A stretch of DNA of 64,000 nucleotides, from NCBI GenBank assembly GCA_048013815.1, contig CM106585.1, forward strand, positions 8,184,001 to 8,248,000, given 5' to 3'. Both the position numbers and the translations under genes were made by a program. Under the pieces are notes generated by a model. That model was not told the origin of the DNA. It searched no databases and was given only the letters and a program-made list of their open reading frames with translations. Shown one piece after another: positions 54,145 through 64,000 of this stretch. The stretch is from Setoptus koraiensis. Taxonomy: Eukaryota; Animalia; Arthropoda. How positions within the stretch are numbered: the first letter of the stretch is position 1; every line of letters begins with the position of its first letter.

Positions 54145-55782
54145 CTACGAATGTATGCTGATCTGTTCGCGGATCCACGGAATAAACTTGGACACTCGCG
54201 TGTACACTCCCGGCAATAGCGGCTCGCCGCACTTCACTCCGTTGGACACAATGCCCGCCAGCACCCAGCGCTGATCGTGGGGCCGGCGCACGATGAGCGG
54301 GCCGCCCGAGTCGCCCTCGCAGGCGTCCATGCCGCCCTTGGCGTAACCGGCGCACAAATCGTGATCGGTGATCTGTTTGTCGTGACCCGCTTTCTTGTAC
54401 ATGGACTGGCATCGTTTGTTTGTCATTATGGGCAAACGAACAATTTGCAAATTTTCAGGCAATTGGCGCTTGTCGAAATCCACCAGGCCCCATCCTGTTG
54501 CGTAGCCGTCTAGTCCGGCAAATTCCTCATCAATGAATGGCAAACAAATGGGCTGAATGTCCTCGCGATAGGGCACGGGATTCTTGAATCGCACCAAGGC
54601 GATGTCGTTCTCCAGTGTCTTGGAGTCGTAATCGGGATGCACAATGACGGTGTCGGCCAGCATTTGCAGCACTTGCTTGTCCACCGGTCGCGTAGATATG
54701 AGATTTTCGGCAATGGATTGTTGCGAGCTTAGCACGTTGTTCGTCAGGCTGGCCAGAGCGGTGCCGTTTGGGGGCGCGGCGTCCTCGAACGTCTTGTATT
54801 TGCCCAAAATAACCTCCAGCGACGAGTAGAAGGCCGGCTTGCAGTGGCCGGCTAGGATTGGTCGGTTTTGCGCATCAGATTTAATTCGATGGATTTAATT
54901 TGATTTTAATTGATTAACTTGGCTCAATTGATTTGGGTCAATTAATTAACTTGGGTCAGTTGATTTGGGTTAATTGAATGGCCAAGACTCACCTGTGAGC
55001 GCCCACTTGTGGTTGATGAGCACCCCGCCGCACTTGTTGAATCCGAGCACGCGGAACAGCTGCGACTCCCTGAGGTGCACCACGAAGGGCACCTCGCCGA
55101 AGTACGTGCTGCGGCCGCCGACGATGCGGTCCGGGCGCATGTCGTTCATGCTGAGGCCGCACACTGTAATTCATATCATATTGATATTATATCGATATCA
55201 CATTGATATTGTATGGATATTATATGGATATTATAGTGATATTATTTGGATATTATATGGATATTTGTCAGTGGTAACGCGTATCGATCGGATGAGACGA
55301 TAACGGAATGGTGAGTGATAACGGAAAACAGATAACAGGTGATAGATGGTGTATAATCGATGGACAATCTCGACTGTGCACAGCCAAGATTTTCCATCGA
55401 TTGTAATCGATTCTGTCGAACTGGTCGCTCACTAACCCTCGTCCACTCTGTCCGGCCCGAAGGGGAAGGGCGCTGGCGGGGGCCCGTAGCTGGGCGCGTA
55501 AGCGTCGAGCGGCAGCGAGCGCGCCGAGCTGACCGTGGTCTCGTTGCCGCCAGTTACGTTATGTTTGCTGGCCGTGATTGTGGGCGCGCTTATGGGCGCG
55601 TTCGGTGGCGGTCCCGGCTCGACGGCGGCGGCGCCCGCGACCGACCGGATGTTTGCCGTCGGGCCGAGACAATTGAGGGCCAAACTCAGGCACAGCGCCA
55701 CTGTCTGATAATTCAAGCGGCGGGCCAGCTTGGCCGGGCCGGCTACTCCGTTATTGATTGTTGTTGTGGGCATCGTTGGCAT
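54145..55782 (-). CDS. Trypsin-like serine protease (S1A). Exons 55437-55782, 54993-55163, 54145-54851
   Basis: Activation site R-IVGG, CGGVLIN, TAGHC (His, spanning an intron), ENDIAL (Asp), DACEGDSGGPL (Ser; S1 Asp implies trypsin specificity) and PGVYTRV. GT-AG phase-1 introns. The N-terminus has a hydrophobic stretch. Further upstream exons are not excluded. Confidence 0.93.
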
Positions 55783-58700
55783 GTTTGTGCGATATTGGTA
55801 CGGTACTGAACTTTGTTATCAACTTGTCGTGTCTTGTCTTGTCATGTCTCTGTGCCTAAATGCTCGCTTTGTCGCGCACAACTGAACTGTCTGCACTGGC
55901 TGCCACTCGGCTGGCGATTCGCTGGCAAGTCGCTGACGATTCGCTGACGATTCGCTGGCAATTCGCTGGCAATTCGCACCTCGGCAAGCTGTTCAACTGT
56001 TTAACTGTTTGCCAAAACTATCGCGCTGACAGCAAAGCGTTGACAACAGCAAACGGTGGCCGCCAAACGCAACAATATGGCGCCCACCAGAGAGAGAGGC
56101 GAGATAATTGAATTTTGTTCAGCGCTTTCACACTATCCGTGCGTCGCTGTGCCGGCTAGACGTTGCCAGGCGAAACAATGGATGTGTTTAACTCATTAGT
56201 TTCACACTTGTGCGATCGCGACCGAAATGCATTCGTCGCGCTGCCGATAATTGTTGTTGCTGTGCCAACATGACCAAATTAAGCGATTATCCAAAAATAA
56301 ACACACACACAACTGTTGCCAGAATTCACTCAAACTCACAACTTGTCGGTCTCGGCATCCTTGCATCTCCGGCGAGTCGCCAGCCACAGACGAACTCGTG
56401 ATCGTCTTGCCATTCGCTCGATATTCGCAATTCGCTCGTGTTGTCGCCCGATCGTGCACAAGCGATTTTGAGTTGTCGCTCTGAGCTATCTCATTTGCAT
56501 ATCCTGCCTGCTCGCCATCTCGCACGCCACCGACACAGCGACCCGATACAACAGTCTGATTCAGCGACCCGATACAGCGGCGCAACAATATAACGCAACG
56601 ATCCGGCGCAACTGTCACGCGAGTGAGGCCGCGTATGCAAATTTGGCAGTCGGCTCAAGTTGGCGAGAGTCTGTCATTATCCTAATTTGCATACGTCGAT
56701 TGCGGCGCGACAAGTGATGATTTGCTGAGAAATCACATGCCATTATTAATTATGCACTATTCATTTTGTTGGCTGTGTCTTGGCACGGCTTATCGACGAT
56801 AAGTTATCGACAGCCGTCGACAACAACACACGGCACGCTAAATACCGGCTAACCAACAACAATAATTATAATGGCCGCCAGTCGCTGGCGTGTCTGTGGC
56901 CGGCTCAGCGTTTATTAATCAGCTCGACGGCGATGATCAAACTAATGAGCAGCCAACGAACGCTCCGCTTGCACTTGAACTCGCAGCCTCGAATTCCCAA
57001 ATTCTCGAATTCTCCGATTCGCCGATTCTCCGATTCTTCGATTTTCGAATTTGCGAATTCTCCGGCTCTCCGATCGCATTGTCTCGGCGAGCCGGCTCTC
57101 AAATCGAGAGTCTCAATGGACTTAATTATGGTATTATCGTTATTGTTACACTGTTGCTATTGTGCCGCCCGTTAACGTTGTGCGCGGCCACAGCGGCTTT
57201 ATGCGGGCTTAATTTGGGCCAGCACAGTTCGGGCGAGCGGCTTAGGTGACGACAATTGCCAGCGATCGGCTGCGTCATTGATTTGCCAGCGTCCATCCAG
57301 TCGATCGAGCCGGATAATCCGCTGCATGTCTCAACCGAGCTCAATCTAAACGATTATCGATTGCATAATAACAGCGACACTTGTTGCTCGAGTTGCCGAG
57401 TTGCGTAATGCGCCAATTGTGTGTCAATATTAGTATACGAGGGCCACTCTGGCCACTCTTTGGTCGCTCTATTGTAGTGACTAAAGTGGATAAAGTGACC
57501 AAAGTGGCTTGAGTCGCTGGAGTAGGTGGCGCGCGTGCTTCGATCGTGCAAAGAGCGTTATTTGGGGCCGCTGGCTGGCCGACTCTTGTGACTTTTGTGA
57601 GTGACAGAATGATTTACACACACACACACACACACTCTGTTTACAATGGGAATTATGATCTTGTTGTCGCTTGTTGGGCTCGCTCGTCGACAATTCGTGA
57701 TTTTGTGCCCACTGACCGAGTGGCGAGATTGAAACAACGAGACAAAGTTGTTGCAACTTGCGAGTCAATCGGTCAGCGGCTGGCAACATGCATTTGCTAC
57801 AGGTTACATTGGGCGACAGGTCAATTGCGTCTGACAGAAACACAATGGCTCGCTACTATTGCGATTGGCAGCTTGCGACGAGTGTGACGACGACGACGAC
57901 GACGACGACCAGCAACCATCGACGACCGACAATAATAAAGCAGCCAATAAAAAGTCGTTATTGCAAAATCATCGCAAACGCTGTTGGCCGGTGGGACGAG
58001 CTTGCCGTTTGTTGTGGGCGGCACCCGGCCAGCGAGCGTCAATTGGACAGGTGAGCGGAGTTGATTATGTAATGTTACATAATAACATACATTTGATATT
58101 GGCTGTGTGAGTGGCTGTGTATTCATAGTTGCTTCGTTGTTAGTTGGTTGTCGCAAATAATTGTCGGCGGCATGTTGGCACTGCGATCGCAATCAGCCAG
58201 ACACCATTTATCGTACAGTGCAACGAGAGAGCGAGCCATTCACCTGTGCAGAGATTTGTTGTTTTTGAGCGATGCCGTGTCGGCCCGACCGGCATTGATG
58301 CCGCTGTCGTCGGTGTTGTCAGTGTTGTCGTCAGTGTTGTCGTCAGTGTTGTCGTCAGTGTTGTCGGTGTTGTCAATTTCGACATTGCGACACGATGCTG
58401 CACACGTTGATTGGCGTGTGATTGTCGTTTGACTGTCGCCGGGTTGTCGCGCCAGATTGGGTGACACGCTCAACTGTGGCCGCCGATCGCAAATGCGCCG
58501 CCAACAATTATAATAATAATTATATTATATAATATTTTATATTTATACATTGGTTGCTGTTGCTATTATTTATATCTGTTATTACTATTATTGTTTTTGT
58601 TGGCTCGCCCGCTTACACTCGCCTAACACACACACACACACACACAGCACAACAGCAGCTTATTGTTAGTTCAACGAATGTTGGTTACGCAACACTGACC

Positions 58701-60501
58701 ATGAAAAGCCACTGACAGGCCGGCAGCCAAGTGAACGTGAGAGTGAACGTGAGAGTGAACGTGAGAGTGAATGTGAACGCGACAACATCAATGGCTTATA
58801 TTCGCATTCGCAAGTCAGTTATATGTGAGTTACGTAAGCCAGTTATGACCATCAACTGACATTGTTGTTATTTGCAACAAAGCGGCAGCGGCAGTTGCGC
58901 ACTTTTGCCGCAGACGCAAATTAAATTAAATCAAATCACAGCCAAAACGCGACGCAATCAATAGCAAATGAGTCACATATGTCAGCTTGCAAACTAATCA
59001 GTAGTCGACCTGTCAATTGGTCGCTATAAGCAATGCTCCATTCACTGTTACACTCACTATTACATTCACTGTTACATCTACTATTACATTGTAGTAATCG
59101 ATCCAATCAATCGCGCCCACACTGTTGCAATTAGTATTATTTGCACGCTAATCCGTCCAATAGTCGTCTTGGCATCGTCTTGAAATTGGCTCGCAATGTC
59201 GCCGTAATCACACAACACACCTCGCTCACTACTCACTACTCGTGTACTTATAATTATTATTACTTGTGTATTATTACTCACACTTTACCACTTTTGTATT
59301 ATCACTTACACTGCATCCACTTGTTGCATGATTTTTGCAACCATATTCATATCAAACTGATCGCCTGATGGCGCCGCCTCAATGAACGACCACAATGTCA
59401 CTTTCAATAGAAGCTGCCACTTGTTGCGCACGACACAACAATGAAGATTTTCCATTCACTACCTCACACAGGCACCATTGCAACGACAATTGTTTACCTG
59501 TGACGGCGCCCACCACGACGCTTCATTGGCCGCTTCATACGACAACATAAAACAACTCCACAAGCCAACGACAAACAGCAAGCAACACGAAGCAACAAGT
59601 GAAATAAAAGTGCAAACTCAACACCAACTATTACCCCTTTATATTGTTCATTTATCTATTTTTGACAATTACAACAATCATCCCAATACGACATCAAGAA
59701 TAAATTTGCATAATCGTCTCAAGACTTCAAGTGTTGATTGGTGGCACAGGTGTCACAGGTAAAGGGCAAGGTTTACCCTGTCGAGGCAGCAAGTGCCACT
59801 TGAAGTGCCTCGAGAAAAATCGCGTCGGGCGCGGTTTTTCCAACCAAACCCGCCAGACTCAATAAAGCGATAAATAAGAATAAGAATTTCTCATTAAAGC
59901 TGTTGAGTAGACATCGAAATTCAGACAGACCGACAGACCAATCAGCAGCACCGATTCACCTGAAGCATCTCGTCGCCACTCAAGTGGCATCATCGACATG
60001 CAAGCAAACAACAGCGCCTATGTGAATGGAGATTGCGTCAATTGGCAGCAAAAATGAGCGATTGAGTCATCGTTTCAAGGTTATCAAGTGGCGCTGTCAG
60101 ACGTGCGATGTCATCGAAATCATCAAATAAATACCCTCGTCTACGCACTCACAGTCTCGACCACAGTCCGAGTGAGATCAATTTAAAATCGAATTCGAGA
60201 TGAAAGTTTAAATTTTCATTCAACATAAAATTAAAAGTGAAATTGAAATCGAAATCGAAATCGAAATCGAAATCGAAATAAATAGATGGATCAAAAGCAT
60301 TGCAGGCAGCAACATTTTTGTGAGATCGCCGAATCAACTCGCTCGCATTGTGCACGTGCAAACAATAATAATAATAATAATGGACAATCTCAATGAGTGA
60401 TAAAAGAACAATTATTAATTAGTATCAATAGAACGACAATAAGCAAATCACAAGAACAAGAAGAAGCGCACAAGAGTGAACAGATCAAGGCGCATATAAT
60501 C

Positions 60502-63500
60502 ATGATCCTATCCAATAGGCTGTACAACAAGCGATGCTTCTCAATATCGCTGCTCGTCGTGGGCCTGCTCGTGGGCCTGGCCTCTCTCATCTCAATCCTA
60601 ATGCTACCCACCTTCATAAGCAACCAAATCAACCAGGTAAATATGCAAAATAATGACATAATAATTATAATACGGGGCCGTTCGAGCCACCCGATTATTG
60701 TGCAATCTGTAATTGTGTCTCTATTGTAACTCATGCAACTCTCACCATTATATCTGTGATATATCAATGGTGCAATGGTCGCGAAGAGGCTCGTGCTCAA
60801 GAACGGCTCGACCATTTTGAATCGCTGGTCCAAACCCAATGTTCCTATTTATTTCAAAGTTTGGCTATTCGACGTGACAAATGCTCAACAAGTGATTGAC
60901 GCCAAGGGCACCAAGCCCGTACTCAAGGAAATCGGTGAGTGCCGTCAGCGAGTGGCCTGTCACATCATCGACACTCACCAACGATGATGACAATCTCACT
61001 GGTGATCTATGATGTGACGCATTAACAATAGCGATAATAATAACAATAACAATAACAATAATAATAATAATTAATATCATTGCATAATTAATGTCGTTGC
61101 ATGATTAATGTCGTTGCATGATTAATAATCGCGCAGGCCCGTTCGTGTTCAAACTCAGCAGGAGCAAGGACATAATCAGTTTTGCGGGCGACAACGTCTA
61201 CTATACCGAGAAGAAAGTGTATCACTTCAGTCCCGAATTGTCGTGTTGTGCCATCAACACCACAGTCACCATACCAAACATACCGTTAGTGGCCATAGTG
61301 GACAAGGCACTTAGTTACAATTTGCCCCTGGTGGGCAGATTTATACCTAGATTGATAAATCGAGCGATACAATCGTTGCGCGAACAATTGTTTGTTAGAC
61401 GACAAGTTAATGAGCTCTTGTTTGACGGTTACGACGTTGAACTATTAAAAATGGTGTCGCGCGTTGGATCGCTGGTCGGTCTGCCCCAAACAAATCAAAA
61501 ATTTGCCCTACTAAAGGGCCGCAACGACACATGGCGGCCCGAACAGGACGGCGTGTGGGGCATTAATACGGGCCAAAAAGACAGACGATTGTTTGGCAAG
61601 GTGTCGTCGTGGAACAGCTACAAGCAATTACCCTATTGGTCGGCGCCAACTTGCAACGCAATTAACGGTTCCGACGGAACGCTGTTCGCGCCACCCATTA
61701 AAATAAGCGAACCGTTGTATGTGTTCAATCCGGAATTGTGTCGAACCATCAATTTGATATACGATGGACCTAGCGAGGTGCGCTCAATTGAGTCGCTCAG
61801 GTACGTGCTGAATCCGCTCAATTTTGCACCAACGGTGCTGGCACCCGAGCCACCGCCCAGACCAATCGATTTTGGCGCCATCTCATCGGCTGACCAGAGC
61901 TCGGCCCAGAGCGGCTCAAGAGCCGCTCAGCTGACCGGCTCAGCAAACCAGCAACAGCAGCAGCAACAACAGCAACAGGTAGCCCCAAATGTGCAACAAC
62001 AACAACAGCAGCAGCAGGCAGCGGTCAATTTGAAACCGCACGCAACCGGAAATGGTAACCAGGCGCTGCCACTGGACATTAGCAAACCGGCCAGTCTGAT
62101 TGTGGCCGCTGTTCAGCGTCGCCAGGACAATCTGCAAGCGCTCGCTTCGTCGGTGTTGCCCAGTCTCATGGATGGGGCCCATCATCACAATCACCATCAT
62201 CACAATCACCATCATCATCATCATCAGCGCGATCAGCCAACGATGAGCCACAACCATTTGCAGATTGGCCGAACGGGCGCTCAACAATCGCGCCCATCGG
62301 CCAATCTGTTGCACATGATGCAACAAAACATCCAGCCAACTGTGGGCGCCAATGTGATTCCGGCCGGCGCAAATCCGCAGCAGCGACAGTCGACCGGCCA
62401 CGACACCTCCAGCAACAACAACTCCAACAGCAACTCCAACAACAACGACAATTTCAATGCAAACAACAATGCGACAGATAACAACGTCAACAGCAACAAC
62501 AACAACAACAACAAGCAACAGGTGGACACGGCGCAAAAGTTGGCGCAGGCCGCCCAAGAGGCTCAAGATCTCAAAGACACCAGGGATAAGCTGCGCCTGA
62601 ATCCGTTGTTGTGCTTTTGTGATAGAAGAACGACGTATTTAAATGGTATTAATATTTGCGAATTTGATGGCTTAATTGACATGTCTAAATGTGCCAAACA
62701 GACCTCGGTGATATTCGGTTCAATGCCTCATTTTCATTTGAATGACCCGAGACTATTGAAGCAGGTTCACGGTCTCGAGCCAAACTCGTCAAAGCACACC
62801 ACCTATTTGGACATAGAACCGGTAAGTGACACTTTGTATTCCAAGTTGCAATTTGCAACACACACGCAACTGGCTATTTGCATGTAATGTGTCTGCCAGT
62901 GTCGCCACATCGAGCCAAACAACCTGCAACCCGCTACATGAGACAACTTGCCTCGGCTCAACAATTTGTCGTCGAGACAATAATCAATTAACGGCAGTGG
63001 TAAAATATTGTGTGACACAACATTGCATAACATTACGCAAAGTTATAATACATGTAATATAAAATATGTATAGCTGTGATATATACTGCAGTAGTTGTCT
63101 TTCTCTTATGGCTGTCACCACTGCAGACTGGAGAAAGGCAACAGTTTCCGATCCGCAACGACACATACAGCCGGCATGAGAAAAACAAACAAGAGATAAA
63201 CTATCCAATTAATATCCTATTGTTATCGCACACACTTGTGTCGTGTGATGCATCTCGCCATCTAATCTCTGACATGCCAGCCAATCTAGTGAGATTTGGC
63301 GAGATCTGGCGAGATCCGGCGAGATCTGGCGAGATCTAGTCAAACAACGACAATAATTAGTTCTCTTCTAACGATTGTTGTCTTTCTGTATTATTTTCAT
63401 TAGAATACTGGCCTGGTTTTGGGAGGAAAGCGAAGATTCCAATTGAACATAATGATAAAACACAATGTGGAGGTGGAGTAAGTTGCCCTTGCTCTCAAAT

Positions 63501-64000
63501 GCCAACTCTCTCTCTCTCTCTCTCTCTCAAATATGAATACTGACTCATTGATTACTACCTTGTTGGTTGCTCATTCAGGGGCTTCGAAAATATCGCCGAC
63601 ATGTTGGTGCCTGTGATGTGGATCGAGGAGTCGGCCCTGATTCCCGAGGAATCGGCCAAAAAATTCAAGACTCTCTACACGGACAGAATAAGAATGATAA
63701 ATATTGTTTTATTAAGTGCAATTATTGGCTCTATTGCGCTTGTTATCATAGACCTGAGATTTATGCTGTTCAAATCGGACAATGGCCTATCTAGGCTGTT
63801 TCGTTCATTTGCAACAATATCAACTCTTTCATCTAACAAACAAAATTTCTCCGTGGAAAAGGCCACTAGACGTCACTCGAGCCACCATCAGACTAGTTCA
63901 TCATCGTCGTCATCTGAATCTCTCTCATCTAGCCAATCTTCCTCTCACACATCAATATCAGCCTCATCTGATTCTATGGATGGCATTCATCCGGCAATGG
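60502..64000 (+). CDS. CD36 / scavenger receptor class B (SCARB/LIMP-2-like), 3' end beyond the window. Exons 60502-60636, about 60787-60934, 61137-62821, 63404-63477, 63579->64000
   Basis: N-terminal TM, RLVLKNGS...RWSKP...KVWLFDVTN, KPVLKEIGPFVF, TVTIPNIPL, ELLFDGY, INGSDGTLFAP, LCRTINL, CFC...GLIDMSKC, SMPHFH, HTTYLDIEPNTG, LVPVMWIEE and a second TM, all CD36-family motifs. The exon-2 acceptor (AAG/ at 60786) is weak and inferred. Confidence 0.92.

Noticed and set aside
59824-59836. Resemblance to the 5' end of 7SL RNA (GTCGGGCGCGGT)
   Set aside because: Similarity stops after about 12 nt and the Alu/S-domain sequence is absent.
60173-60195. bantam-like 23-mer (TGAGATCA seed, about 18/23 identity to the fly miRNA as recalled)
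   Set aside because: bantam comes from the 3' arm, but no complementary arm lies upstream. The site borders a GAAATC low-complexity run.
60397-60501. ORF-track N-terminal extension of the CD36-like gene
   Set aside because: It starts at GTG. The first in-frame ATG (60502) sits just before the N-terminal TM, as expected for the family.

Overview
Eukaryotic genomic DNA with short GT-AG introns and very N/Q-rich proteins. The gene set and a chelicerate-type C-terminal motif suggest an arthropod, probably a mite (inference). Seven protein-coding genes can be reconstructed by hand: a large N/Q-rich protein (+, 9.1-13.0 kb), SCAI (-), an acid/gastric-type lipase (-), a kinase-less FGFRL1/nou-darake-like Ig receptor (-), an intronless vasculin/GPBP1-like gene (+), a trypsin-like serine protease (-) and a CD36/SCARB receptor (+, runs off the window). 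There is one tRNA-Glu(TTC). A Mutator (MULE) element has intact ~115-bp TIRs and a perfect 9-bp TSD but a broken transposase. Two or three decayed Tc1/mariner-type relics flank SCAI. Between about 20.4 and 37 kb lies a visibly GC-richer domain with no recognisable host CDS, packed with distinct short tandem repeats, a clustered GGGCCCCA motif and long hairpins. Most notable: (1) large in-frame low-complexity inserts inside normally compact extracellular or secreted folds (Q50 in FGFRL1, ~250 aa in the CD36 protein, ~90 aa in the lipase); (2) an AUG-less ~380-codon Q-rich frame fused to SCAI; (3) a pre-miRNA-like 20-bp hairpin at 31830-31878; (4) several perfect fold-back palindromes with 0-1-nt spacers. 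Family assignments rest on recalled motifs, not database searches. I found no clear multi-gene novel system.
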